60,856 bases of DNA. Source: Betaproteobacteria bacterium (GTDB lineage Bacteria > Pseudomonadota > Gammaproteobacteria > Burkholderiales > JACQAP01). The notes beneath the pieces were generated by a model that worked only from the letters and a program-made list of their open reading frames with translations, had not been told where the DNA came from and made no database searches. Both the position numbers and the translations under genes were made by a program. The stretch covers positions 1 to 60,856 of the forward strand of contig JBQTIV010000011.1 in NCBI GenBank assembly GCA_052387775.1. The letters run 5' to 3'. Below, one piece after another: positions 9,266-18,476 of this stretch; position 1 is the first letter of the stretch, and each line of letters begins with the position of its first letter.

Positions 9266-9629
9266 TTACTTCGCGTTAATCAGCGCAACCGTAACATCCA
9301 GCATCCGGTTGCTGAAGCCCTGGAATTGTGGCTCCCGCCGCTCGCTTCGCGCGCTTAACCTGGCGCACCGCCGCGCCAGATTAGCGTCCGCCGCAACGAG
9401 CGGGCCGATGAGTACCGTCATCATTTCGCGTTCATCAGCGCAACCGTAACATCCAGCATCCGGTTGCTGAAGCTTTGGAATTGTGGCTCCCGCCGCTTGC
9501 TCCGCGCGCTTAACCTGGCGCGCCGCCGCGCCAGATTAGCGTCCGCCGCAACGAGTGTGGCCACGAGTACTGTCATCATTTCGCATTTGCAAGCGCAACC
9601 GCGACATCCAGCATCCGGTTGCTGAAGCC
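9266..9629. repeat. 155-bp tandem repeat (two full units plus the live gap 3' end) carrying two relic copies of the last ~17 codons of gap
   Basis: The landmark (C/A)AGCGCAACC occurs at 9281, 9436 and 9591. In-frame stops sit at 9266-68, 9421-23 and 9576-78, all 155 bp apart. Units are about 90% identical by eye. Each tail holds a GC hairpin, at 9360-9379 and 9515-9534. Confidence 0.9.
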
Positions 9630-10589
9630 CCACTCGTTGTCATACCAGGAGCACACCTTCACCAGTGTTCCATCCGACACCTTGGTGAGCGTCGAGTCGA
9701 AGACCGAGGAAGCCGGATTGTGGTTGAAGTCGACCGACACCAGGGGATCCTTGTTGTACTCCAGAATGCCCTTGAGGTCGGACTCCGCGGACTGTTTCAC
9801 CGCGTTGTTCACTTCGTCCACTGTGGTCCGGCGCTTGGCGACGAACGCGAGGTCAACCAGCGATACGTTGATGGTCGGAACCCGAATCGCGAAGCCGTCG
9901 AGCTTGCCGTTCAGTTCCGGCAGCACCAGGCCTACCGCTGCTGCCGCACCGGTCTTGGTCGGAATCATCGACATGGTCGCGGAGCGCGCGCGGCGCAGAT
10001 CGGTGTGATACACGTCGCTAAGCACCTGGTCGTTGGTGTAGGCGTGTATGGTGGTCATCAGCCCGCTCACCAAGCCAATGCGCTCGTGCAGCGCTTTGAC
10101 CATCGGCGCCAGGCAATTGGTTGTGCAACTGGCATTGGAGATGACGGTGTGCGCCGCTCTCAGAGTATGGTGATTTACGCCGTAAACCACGGTCGCATCC
10201 ACATCTTTGTCGCCTGGCGCGGAGATGATGACCTTCTTTGCACCCGCGCTCAGATGTGCGCCCGCCTTGGCCTTGCTGGTGAAAAGCCCGGTGCATTCGA
10301 GAACACTGTCCACGCCGAGTTCTTTCCACGGCAATTCGGCCGGATTCCTCTGCGCGCACACTCTTATCCGGTCGCCATTGATGACAAGAAAATCCCCGTC
10401 GACCACAACGCTGCCGGGAAACTTGCCGTGTACGGTGTCGTACTTGGTGAGGTGCGCATTGATCTTCGCGTCGCCGAGGTCGTTGATCGCAACGATCTGG
10501 ATGCCGTGTTTTTTTCCGGCCTCGTAGTTGGCCCGCAGGATGTTGCGGCCGATACGCCCGTAGCCGTTGATTGCAACCCGGATAGTCAT
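9576..10589 (-). CDS. gap: Glyceraldehyde-3-phosphate dehydrogenase (type I)
   Basis: 337 aa. Reads [16 protein letters not shown]...[12 protein letters not shown]...[23 protein letters not shown]. Confidence 0.95.
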   Translation of the reverse strand: MTIRVAINGYGRIGRNILRANYEAGKKHGIQIVAINDLGDAKINAHLTKYDTVHGKFPGSVVVDGDFLVINGDRIRVCAQRNPAELPWKELGVDSVLECTGLFTSKAKAGAHLSAGAKKVIISAPGDKDVDATVVYGVNHHTLRAAHTVISNASCTTNCLAPMVKALHERIGLVSGLMTTIHAYTNDQVLSDVYHTDLRRARSATMSMIPTKTGAAAAVGLVLPELNGKLDGFAIRVPTINVSLVDLAFVAKRRTTVDEVNNAVKQSAESDLKGILEYNKDPLVSVDFNHNPASSVFDSTLTKVSDGTLVKVCSWYDNEWGFSNRMLDVAVALANAK

Positions 10590-10814
10590 GAAGAGAGCCC
10601 CTGGAAAACCCGGGATTCTACTTTACTGCGCCATCTACTCCCAGTAATGATGCGGCGCGGTGCCGAACTAGATTGCGCTGCGCGGGAGCGTCTCCTATAG
10701 TAGGAAAAGCGGCCGCCCTCCGGCGGCAGCGGCAACATTCACCAAGACCGCTTTTGAACGCCGGCAAAAAAGCGTCGGTGGGATGTCCATAAACAATGAC
10801 ACGTGGAGGAGAAA

Positions 10815-12074
10815 ATGAATCAGTCCATTACAAGGCTTAGCTTAACCGCGTTGACGCTTGCGAGCACGCTGGCGTTCTCCCCTTTCACTCGTGCGGGCGA
10901 AGTTGAAGTCCTGCATTGGTGGACTTCCGGCGGCGAGGCCAAGTCGGTCGCCGAATTGAAGAAGATCCTCGAAGCCAACGGCCACAAATGGAAGGACTTT
11001 GCGGTTGCCGGGGGTGGCGGGGAAAACGCCATGACAGTGCTGAAATCGCGCGTGGTCTCGGGCAAACCGCCAACCGCCGCACAGGTTAAAGGTCCGTCAA
11101 TTCAAGAGTGGGGACGGGAGGGAGTGCTTACTAACCTCGATGATGTCGCCAAGGCGGCAAACTGGGATGGTTTGCTCCCGGTGGTGGTGAGCAACGTCAT
11201 GAAGTACCAAGGCCACTATGTGGCGGTGCCGGTTAACGTGCACCGGGTGAACTGGATGTGGGCCAACCCTGAAGTATTCAAGAAAGCCGGTGCCAAGATA
11301 CCAACCACCTGGGTGGAATTCGCCACCGCGGTCGACAAGATTCAAAAGGCCGGGTTCATCGCAGTTGCGCACGGTGGCCAACCCTGGCAGGACGCCACGG
11401 TATTCGAGTCGGTGGCGCTCGGAGTCGGGGGTGCCGACTGGTATAACCGGGCTTTCGTAAATCTGGACGCCAGCGCGCTCAACAGCCCGACGATGGAAAA
11501 GTCGTTCACGACGCTGCGTACCGTGCAGAAGGCCGTCGACAAGGACGCTGCCAACCGCGACTGGAACCTCGCCACCGCGATGGTGATCAACGGCAAGGCG
11601 GCGATGCAGTTCATGGGTGACTGGGCCAAGGGCGAATTCACCGCCGCTGGCAAGTCGCCGGGCAAGGATTACGTTTGCATGCCGGCCCCCGGCACCAAGG
11701 GTGCGTTCACCTTCAATATCGACAGCTTCATTATGTTCGAACAGAAAAGCGCCGATTCCAAGGAAGCACAGCGGGCGCTGGCTGCCGCGATCATGGAGCC
11801 GCAATTCCAGGAGGTGTTCAATCTTAATAAGGGCTCGATCCCGGCTCGCACCGGAATGTCCATGGCCAAGTTCGACCAGTGCGCCAAGGATTCGTCCACG
11901 GAGTTCGAGTCGAGCGCCAAGTCGAAGAAACTGGTACCGAGCTGGGCTCACGGCATGGCCATGCCGGCTTCGGCCCAGGGCGCTATGTTCGACGTCGTCA
12001 CTCAGTTCATGAATTCGAACATGACGCCGAAGGCAGCGGCCGAAAAAATGGCCGCCGCGGCAAAATCCAAGTGA
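10815..12074 (+). CDS. Carbohydrate ABC transporter substrate-binding protein (glucose/mannose GtsA-like, solute-binding family 1)
   Basis: The ATG at 10815 follows GGAGGAG. It has a signal peptide, then VEVLHWWTSGGEAKS...AVAGGGGENAMTVLKSRV...PVNVHRVNWMWANPEVFKKAG. From memory this closely resembles Pseudomonas GtsA. Confidence 0.85.
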   Translation: MNQSITRLSLTALTLASTLAFSPFTRAGEVEVLHWWTSGGEAKSVAELKKILEANGHKWKDFAVAGGGGENAMTVLKSRVVSGKPPTAAQVKGPSIQEWGREGVLTNLDDVAKAANWDGLLPVVVSNVMKYQGHYVAVPVNVHRVNWMWANPEVFKKAGAKIPTTWVEFATAVDKIQKAGFIAVAHGGQPWQDATVFESVALGVGGADWYNRAFVNLDASALNSPTMEKSFTTLRTVQKAVDKDAANRDWNLATAMVINGKAAMQFMGDWAKGEFTAAGKSPGKDYVCMPAPGTKGAFTFNIDSFIMFEQKSADSKEAQRALAAAIMEPQFQEVFNLNKGSIPARTGMSMAKFDQCAKDSSTEFESSAKSKKLVPSWAHGMAMPASAQGAMFDVVTQFMNSNMTPKAAAEKMAAAAKSK

Positions 12075-12094
12075 GCCACCAAATCTGAGGCGCG

Positions 12095-12110
12095 GCGGGC
12101 GCAAGCCCGC
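12095..12110 (+). promoter_or_regulatory. Intercistronic stem-loop (GCGGGC-GCAA-GCCCGC) between the binding-protein and permease genes
   Basis: A 6-bp GC stem with a GNRA-type loop, seen directly in the sequence. The position is typical of elements that stabilise the binding-protein mRNA segment in ABC operons. Confidence 0.4.
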
Positions 12111-12136
12111 TGTGCCTGCTCGCTAAGGGAAGGCAG

Positions 12137-13075
12137 TTGCAGTCATCGGCCTCAGCACAGGCCGGCGCGGTCGCGTCGGTGGTAATACCCCGGCGCAGCC
12201 TGCTCGACGTCATCGAGCTCGCACTCCCCAGAATTGTCCTCGGACCCACGCTGCTAGTAAGCCTCTTCTTCGTCTACGGTTTCATACTCTGGACCGGCTG
12301 GCTGGCGTTCACCGAGTCGCGCATGCTGCCGCGCTCCGAATTTGCCGGCCTAGTGCAGTACATCTCGCTGTTCGGCAACGAGCGCTGGTGGGTAGCGGTG
12401 CGCAACCTGGCGCTTTTCGGCGGCTTGTTCATTTTCGTTTGCCTGGCCTTTGGTTTGCTGATGGCCATACTGCTTGACCAGCGCATCCGTGCAGAAGGCT
12501 TTTTGCGCTCCATTTATCTCTACCCGATGGCGCTATCGTTCATCGTCACCGGCACCGCCTGGAAGTGGATACTCAATCCCGGCCTGGGTTTCGAACGCGT
12601 GGTGCAGCAGTTGGGGTTCGGCAATTTCACGTTCGACTGGCTGGTCGACCCGAATATGTCGATCTACACCGTGGTGATCGCCGGCGCCTGGCAGTCCTCG
12701 GGTTTCGTGATGGCGCTGTTCCTGGCAGGTCTGCGCGGCATCGACGAATCCATCATCAAGGCAGCGCAGGTGGACGGGGCGAGCATGCCGCGTATCTACT
12801 GGAGCATCATCATCCCCAGCCTGCGGCCGGTGTTTTTCAGTTCCTTCATCATCCTCGCGCACATTGCCATCAAGAGCTTCGACCTGGTGATGGCCCTAAC
12901 CGGTGGCGGACCCGGTTTCTCCTCGGACTTGCCGTCTACTTTCATGTACGTCTTCGGCTTCACCCGCAATCAGATCGGCCTCGGCGCGGCGAGCGCGATG
13001 ATGATGATGCTGACCGTGGCTGCGGTGGTGGTGCCATTGATGTACTCGGAGCTCCGGAGGCAGCGCCGTGGCTGA
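12137..13075 (+). CDS. Carbohydrate ABC transporter permease (GtsB/MalF-type)
   Basis: 312 aa with a TTG start (uncertain). Multi-TM protein. Reads ERWWVAVRNLALFGG...LDQRIRAEGFLRSIYLYPMALSFIVTGTAWKW and has the EAA-loop region AAQVDGASMPRIYWSIIIP. Confidence 0.85.
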   Translation: MQSSASAQAGAVASVVIPRRSLLDVIELALPRIVLGPTLLVSLFFVYGFILWTGWLAFTESRMLPRSEFAGLVQYISLFGNERWWVAVRNLALFGGLFIFVCLAFGLLMAILLDQRIRAEGFLRSIYLYPMALSFIVTGTAWKWILNPGLGFERVVQQLGFGNFTFDWLVDPNMSIYTVVIAGAWQSSGFVMALFLAGLRGIDESIIKAAQVDGASMPRIYWSIIIPSLRPVFFSSFIILAHIAIKSFDLVMALTGGGPGFSSDLPSTFMYVFGFTRNQIGLGAASAMMMMLTVAAVVVPLMYSELRRQRRG

Positions 13076-13949
13076 CCACGTGCGCACCCAAATTGCCGGG
13101 CCACGGGTACTCGGCGGCATCGTGGTGTACGGGCTGCTAGTGCTGCTCGCCCTTTACTACCTGATGCCGCTGTTCGTGATGCTCAGCACTTCGGTCAAGA
13201 CTCTGGACGATATTCGCGGCGGCAATCTGATCGCGCTGCCGGCGGAGATTACCTTCGCAGCGTGGGCGAAGGCATGGTCAAGCGCCTGCACCGGGGTCGA
13301 TTGCAGCGGTCTCAGGGGAAATTTCTGGAATTCCGTCAGCTTCGTGGTGCCGGCAGTGCTGATCTCGACGTTGATCGGCGCGTTCAACGGCTATGTGCTC
13401 ACAATGTGGCGTTTTCGCGGCAGCGATGCGATTTTCACGGTGCTCATGATCGGCTGCTTCATACCCTTCCAGGTGGTGCTGCTGCCGATGGCGCAGACGC
13501 TGGGCGTTCTCGGCATCGCCAATTCGACACCGGGTCTGATCTTCGTGCACGTGGTGTACGGGCTGGCATTTACTACGCTGTTCTTCCGCAACTTCTACGT
13601 GTCGGTGCCCGATGAACTGGCGAAAGCCGCACGCATCGACGGCGCCGGGTTCTTCCGCGTCTTCTGGCGCATCATCCTGCCGCTGTCACCTCCGATCATC
13701 GTGGTGTGCGTGATCTGGCAGTTCACCCAGATCTGGAACGATTTCCTGTTCGGCGTGGTGTTCTCCTCCGGCGAACGCCAGCCGATCACCGTGGCGCTCA
13801 ACAATCTTGTGAATACCTCGACCGGTGTCAAGGAGTACAACGTGGACATGGCTGCGGCGATCATCGCCGCGCTGCCCACGCTTTTCGTTTACGTCGGTGC
13901 CGGCAAGTATTTCGTGCGCGGGCTCACCGCCGGCGCCGTGAAGGGCTGA
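13068..13949 (+). CDS. Carbohydrate ABC transporter permease (GtsC/MalG-type)
   Basis: 293 aa. The GTG start overlaps the upstream stop by 8 nt. EAA loop: AKAARIDGAGFFRVFWRIILPLS. Confidence 0.85.
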   Translation: MADHVRTQIAGPRVLGGIVVYGLLVLLALYYLMPLFVMLSTSVKTLDDIRGGNLIALPAEITFAAWAKAWSSACTGVDCSGLRGNFWNSVSFVVPAVLISTLIGAFNGYVLTMWRFRGSDAIFTVLMIGCFIPFQVVLLPMAQTLGVLGIANSTPGLIFVHVVYGLAFTTLFFRNFYVSVPDELAKAARIDGAGFFRVFWRIILPLSPPIIVVCVIWQFTQIWNDFLFGVVFSSGERQPITVALNNLVNTSTGVKEYNVDMAAAIIAALPTLFVYVGAGKYFVRGLTAGAVKG

Positions 13950-13965
13950 AAAAGGGAGATTCAAA

Positions 13966-15078
13966 GTGTCGTCGCTCGCGGTCAGAAACGTGCGCAAGGT
14001 CTTCGGCAATGTCGAGGTGCTGAAGGACATCGACCTGGAGATCGAATCGGGTGAATTCCTGATTCTGGTCGGCCCTTCGGGTTGCGGCAAATCGACTTTG
14101 CTCAACATCATCGCCGGACTCGAAACTGCGACCTCGGGGGACGTCATCATCGGCAATCGCGTGGTCAACAACCTGAGTCCGAAGGATCGCGACATCGCCA
14201 TGGTGTTCCAGTCCTACGCGCTGTACCCGAACATGACCGTGCGCCAGAACATTTCCTTTGGTCTGGAGATGCGGCGCATGCCCAAGCACCAGCAGGAAGA
14301 AATCGTCGATCGCGTCGCCAAGATCCTGCAGATGGGGCACCTGCTCGACCGCAAGCCCTCGCAGCTTTCCGGCGGCCAGCGCCAGCGGGTGGCGATGGGC
14401 CGGGCGATCGCGCGCGACCCTCAGCTGTTCCTGTTCGACGAGCCGCTGTCGAACCTGGACGCCAAGCTGCGGGTAGAAATGCGCATGGAGATCAAGCTGC
14501 TGCAGGAGCGGCTCAAGGCCACCATCGTCTATGTCACGCACGATCAGATCGAAGCCATGACGCTGGGCAGCAAGATCGCGGTCATGCAGGGCGGAGAGAT
14601 CCGCCAGTTCGGTTCGCCGCAGGAAATCTACGATCAGCCAGCCGATCTTTTTGTCGCCGGCTTCATCGGCTCGCCGTCGATGAATTTCATCAAGACCGAG
14701 GTGGTGGAGCACCTGGGCAGCGTCGGCGTGCGGCTGCAGTCGGCGGATGAAACCTTCGTGCTGCCTGTGCGCGACGCGGAAAAGCCGCTGCGTCCCTGGG
14801 TCGGCAGGAAACTGATACTCGGCATCCGCCCCGAATTGATCACCGACAGCGCCAGCAGCCAGCGTTCCGGCACTAACGTCCACACCCGCCGCTGCAAGGT
14901 GGAACTGCTGGAACCGACCGGGCCGGATACACTGGTGTTCATCCGCATCAACGGAGAAGTCGCCTGCTGCCGCGTCCGCCCCGAGCAGGCGTGCGCGGCC
15001 AACAATTCGATGGAACTGGCATTTAATCTGTCGAAGGCGGTTTTCTTCGACCCGAAGTCCGAGAAACGCATCCTTTGA
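13966..15078 (+). CDS. Sugar ABC transporter ATP-binding protein (MalK/UgpC/GtsD-type)
   Basis: 370 aa. Walker A is GPSGCGKSTLL, the signature is LSGGQRQRVAMGRA, and Walker B is LFLFDEPLSNLD. A MalK-like C-terminal regulatory domain follows. Confidence 0.9.
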   Translation: MSSLAVRNVRKVFGNVEVLKDIDLEIESGEFLILVGPSGCGKSTLLNIIAGLETATSGDVIIGNRVVNNLSPKDRDIAMVFQSYALYPNMTVRQNISFGLEMRRMPKHQQEEIVDRVAKILQMGHLLDRKPSQLSGGQRQRVAMGRAIARDPQLFLFDEPLSNLDAKLRVEMRMEIKLLQERLKATIVYVTHDQIEAMTLGSKIAVMQGGEIRQFGSPQEIYDQPADLFVAGFIGSPSMNFIKTEVVEHLGSVGVRLQSADETFVLPVRDAEKPLRPWVGRKLILGIRPELITDSASSQRSGTNVHTRRCKVELLEPTGPDTLVFIRINGEVACCRVRPEQACAANNSMELAFNLSKAVFFDPKSEKRIL

Positions 15079-15079
15079 A

Positions 15080-15097
15080 GGTATCCCCCGGGATACC
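15080..15097. terminator. Palindromic hairpin (GGTATCCC-CC-GGGATACC) between convergent genes; a candidate bidirectional terminator
   Basis: A perfect 8-bp inverted repeat starts 1 nt after the ABC ATPase stop. It lies between convergent transcription units. There is no clear U-tract. Confidence 0.4.
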
Positions 15098-15138
15098 CGA
15101 TCCGGGCGGGCGGGATTCTGCGAATTGCCTGGATTGCG

Positions 15139-15396
15139 TCAGCGGTAGCGGATCTTGAGCGCGATGATCGTACCGGCGACAATCAGCGTAGCGACGTTTG
15201 TCAGGATCACCGGCACCGACTCGATCATGATGCCGTAGATCAACCACAGAAGCACGCCGACGCTGAAGATCGTCAACATCCTGGCGGAAATATCCTTGCC
15301 GGACTTGGTCGTGTACATCTTGTGTGCCTGCGGAACGAATGCAATGGTCGTCAGCGCCCCGGCCAGGAATCCGATCGCATCGGTCATGCCCATCAT
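15139..15396 (-). CDS. SemiSWEET (PQ-loop/MtN3 family) small sugar transporter
   Basis: 85 aa with three predicted TM helices. It has the PQ motif (TTIAFVPQAHKMYTTKSGKDIS) and LLWLIYGIMIESVPVILTNV. The start overlaps the glk stop as ATGA (15393-15396). Confidence 0.8.
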   Translation of the reverse strand: MMGMTDAIGFLAGALTTIAFVPQAHKMYTTKSGKDISARMLTIFSVGVLLWLIYGIMIESVPVILTNVATLIVAGTIIALKIRYR

Positions 15397-16358
15397 GAAT
15401 TCACCGTATTCTGAAAAAGCGTAGCCAGCCCGCGCAGGGCGGGGGATTCTGTCAGGATCACATAAGTCGGGACCGCGGCGACGTAAGCCGAGAAACGGCC
15501 TTTGCGCTCGAAACTGGCACGGAATGGTGAACGCGCAAAATACTCGCCCAGCCTAGGCACAATTCCGCCGCCGATATAGCATCCCGCGCGCGCGCCGAGC
15601 GTCACCACCAGATTGGCCGCGGCTGTGCCGAGGATGGCGCAGAACATGTCGAGCGCTTCGCGGCATTGCACGTTCTCGCCGGCGAGCGCTTGCTCGGTGA
15701 TCTGCGCCGGGCTCAACGCCTGCGCCGGTACACGGTCCAGCGCGCTCAAGCCCTGATAGAGGTTCTCCAGACCCATACCGCTCACCACGCGCTCGGTCGA
15801 AACATGCCCGAGACGCTCCATCAGCCAGCGCAGGACCCCGATCTCGCGCTCTGTTGACGGGCTGAATGCAGTGTGCCCGCCTTCCCCCTGCAAGGCGATC
15901 CAACCCTGGCCCGCAGGAAGCAGCCCGGACACGCCCAGGCCGGTTCCCGGTCCGATCACCGCAATCGCGGTTCCCGTTACCGGCTTGCCGCCGCCGACTT
16001 GTCTCAGTTCGTGCGGCTGCAGCGTGGGCACCGACAGCGCTAGCGCGGTGAAATCGTTAATCACATGCAGCCGATCGAGCGCCAGGGACTGGCGCGTCCT
16101 CGCGATCGAGAATCCCCAGGGTCCATTGGTCAAATGCACGAAATCGCCGGTGATGCCGGTGGCAACATCGAGCGCGGCTTCGCGAATCGCGGGATTGCCA
16201 TGCCCGGCAAGGTAGCGGCGAATCGCCTGCTCGAGGCCTTCGAACTCGGCGCAGCGCATCACCTGTTCTTGCAGCGGTTGGCGGGAGCCGTCGGCGACGA
16301 GTGCGAAACGTGCGTTGGTCCCGCCGATGTCACCGACCAGCCGCAGCGTTGCGCCCAT
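15393..16358 (-). CDS. glk: Glucokinase
   Basis: 321 aa. Reads LVGDIGGTNARFALV (ATP-binding motif), HLTNGPWGFSI and IGPGTGLGVSGL. Confidence 0.9.
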   Translation of the reverse strand: MGATLRLVGDIGGTNARFALVADGSRQPLQEQVMRCAEFEGLEQAIRRYLAGHGNPAIREAALDVATGITGDFVHLTNGPWGFSIARTRQSLALDRLHVINDFTALALSVPTLQPHELRQVGGGKPVTGTAIAVIGPGTGLGVSGLLPAGQGWIALQGEGGHTAFSPSTEREIGVLRWLMERLGHVSTERVVSGMGLENLYQGLSALDRVPAQALSPAQITEQALAGENVQCREALDMFCAILGTAAANLVVTLGARAGCYIGGGIVPRLGEYFARSPFRASFERKGRFSAYVAAVPTYVILTESPALRGLATLFQNTVNS

Positions 16359-16402
16359 CGCTACTCCTCGTTCGGACCGGCACGCACGCCGTCCGGCTTT
16401 CG

Positions 16403-18388
16403 CTACAGTACGCCTTTGACAGCGCTGACCACGCCCTCGACGGTTAGGCCAAAAAACTTGAACAGATCGCCGGCTGGCGCCGACTCGCCAAAACGGTCCA
16501 GCCCGACCACCGCGCCTTCAGGCCCGACGTACTTGCGCCAGTAGTCGGTAACGCCCGCTTCCACCGCCACCCGCTTGACTCCCTTGGGCAGGACCGCGTC
16601 TTTGTAGGCCGCATTCTGGCGATCGAAAACGCTAGTGCTTGGCATCGAAACCACGCGCACCGCGATACCTTGTCCTTGCAGATTTTTCCTGGCGTCCAAC
16701 GCCAGCGCCACTTCCGAGCCGGTGGCGATGATCACCGCCCGCGGGTTGTCGGCATCGGCGAGTACGTAAGCTCCGCGTTCGATCAGCGCGATCTGCGCGG
16801 GGCTGCGCGCCTGAAACGGCAGGTTCTGGCGCGAGAACAGCATGCTCACCGGCCCGCCCCGTCGTTCGACCGCAGCGATCCACGCCGCAGCGGATTCCAC
16901 CGAATCGCACGGGCGCCACACGTCCATGTTCGGTATCAGCCTCAGGCTCGCCGCGTGCTCGATCGATTGATGGGTGGGCCCATCTTCGCCCAGGCCGATC
17001 GAGTCGTGGGTGAACACGAACAGGCTGCGGATTTTCATCAGCGCCGCCATGCGCAGTGCGTTCCTGGAGTAATCGGAGAACGTCAGGAAGGTGCCGCCGT
17101 AGGGGATCAGGCCGCCGTGCAGCGTGATCCCGTTGATGATCGCGGACATGCCGAACTCACGCACGCCGTAATAAATGTAGTTGCCGCCACCGTCCTTCGA
17201 GACGGCCTTGGATCCGGACCAGAGCGTGAGATTGGAACCGGTGAGATCGGCGGAACCGCCGATGAGCTCCGGTAGCAACGGCGCCAGGTTCTCGATCGCA
17301 TTCTGCGACGCCTTGCGGCTGGCAATGGATTCCGCCTTCGCGTTGACCCTGGCGAGCAGGTCTTGCGCATGCGCGTGCCACCGATCGGGCAACTCCCCGT
17401 TCACGCGGCGGGTGAATTCGCCGGCTTCATTCGGAAACACCCTGGCGTAAGCGGCGAATTTTCGCGTCCAGCCAGCCTCCAGTTCGGCGCCTTGCGCGCG
17501 CGCATCCCAGCCGGCGTAGACATGCTGAGGGATTACGAACGGGGGGTGTTTCCAGCCGATGTTCTCGCGGGTCGCCGCAACTTCCTTTTCGCCCAGCGCT
17601 GCGCCATGCGCTTCGTGGCTGCCGGCCTTATTCGGCGAGCCCTTGCCGATCACCGTCCTGCAGCAGATCAGACTCGGTTTGTCGGTGGCTTGCCTGGCCT
17701 GGACGATCGCGGCATCCACCGCGGCGACGGCATGGCCCTCGACGTCTCGCAGCAGATGCCAGCCATAGGCTTCGCAACGCTTCGGCGTGTCATCGCGGAA
17801 CCAGCCGCTGACGTGGCCGTCGATGGAAATGCCGTTGTCGTCGTAGATCGCGATCAGCTTGCCCAGGCCCAGCGTACCGGCGAGCGAACAGGCTTCGTGT
17901 GAAATGCCTTCCATCAGGCATCCGTCGCCGACGAAGACGTAGGTGCGGTGCTCGACGATGTCGTGGCCGGGACGGTTGAATTCGGCGGCGAGCAGTTTCT
18001 CGGCGATGGCCATTCCAACGGCATTGGCAAGCCCCTGGCCGAGAGGGCCGGTAGTGGTTTCCACGCCCGGGGCCATGCCGTACTCGGGATGGCCGGGAGT
18101 CATCGAATGCAACTGGCGAAAGCGCCGGATCTCGTCCATCGGCAACGCATATCCAGTCAGATGCAGCAGCGCGTACAACAGCATCGAACCGTGGCCGTTG
18201 GACAGCACGAAGCGGTCGCGGTCGGGCCACTTGGGATTGGCAGGATTGTGCCGAAGATGGTTTTTCCACAGCACCTCGGCAATCTCGGCCATACCCATCG
18301 GCATGCCGGGGTGGCCGGAATTGGCCTTTTGCACCGCGTCCATCGCCAGCGCGCGGATCGCGTCGGCGAGTTCCTTCCTGGTTGCCAT
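16403..18388 (-). CDS. tkt: Transketolase
   Basis: Trimmed to the ATG at 18388, with the SD AAGGGGAG upstream. Reads [36 protein letters not shown]...[13 protein letters not shown]...[15 protein letters not shown]. Confidence 0.95.
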   Translation of the reverse strand: MATRKELADAIRALAMDAVQKANSGHPGMPMGMAEIAEVLWKNHLRHNPANPKWPDRDRFVLSNGHGSMLLYALLHLTGYALPMDEIRRFRQLHSMTPGHPEYGMAPGVETTTGPLGQGLANAVGMAIAEKLLAAEFNRPGHDIVEHRTYVFVGDGCLMEGISHEACSLAGTLGLGKLIAIYDDNGISIDGHVSGWFRDDTPKRCEAYGWHLLRDVEGHAVAAVDAAIVQARQATDKPSLICCRTVIGKGSPNKAGSHEAHGAALGEKEVAATRENIGWKHPPFVIPQHVYAGWDARAQGAELEAGWTRKFAAYARVFPNEAGEFTRRVNGELPDRWHAHAQDLLARVNAKAESIASRKASQNAIENLAPLLPELIGGSADLTGSNLTLWSGSKAVSKDGGGNYIYYGVREFGMSAIINGITLHGGLIPYGGTFLTFSDYSRNALRMAALMKIRSLFVFTHDSIGLGEDGPTHQSIEHAASLRLIPNMDVWRPCDSVESAAAWIAAVERRGGPVSMLFSRQNLPFQARSPAQIALIERGAYVLADADNPRAVIIATGSEVALALDARKNLQGQGIAVRVVSMPSTSVFDRQNAAYKDAVLPKGVKRVAVEAGVTDYWRKYVGPEGAVVGLDRFGESAPAGDLFKFFGLTVEGVVSAVKGVL

Positions 18389-18407
18389 GACTCCCCTTCG
18401 AGAACAC

Positions 18408-18430
18408 AAAAAATCCCGGCAAACCGGGAT
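18408..18430 (-). terminator. Rho-independent terminator downstream of ntrX
   Basis: The minus strand reads ATCCCGG-TTTG-CCGGGAT followed by TTTTTT, about 47 nt after the ntrX stop. Confidence 0.7.
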
Positions 18431-18476
18431 CGAGAACGCCGGTATTTTAGCCCGGATAGTTCATCCGGACGCCGGG

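Noticed and set aside
7940-9358. 472-aa plus-strand ORF. The similar ORFs 9555-10700, 20831-22057, 11097-12104, 13924-14883, 36871-37944, 43974-44855, 44743-45825, 56722-57702 and 3875-4903 fall in the same class.
   Set aside because: All lie antisense to strongly supported genes (pgk, gap, ntrY, the ABC genes, yidC, parB, atpI/atpB, the M20 gene, tsaC). All have the skewed composition of GC-rich shadow frames.
9266-9629. Possibility that the 155-bp repeats, or the 8-bp array at 51432-51574, are CRISPR arrays
   Set aside because: There is no alternation of conserved repeats with unique spacers. The unit sizes (155 bp and 8 bp) are wrong. No cas genes are present in the window.
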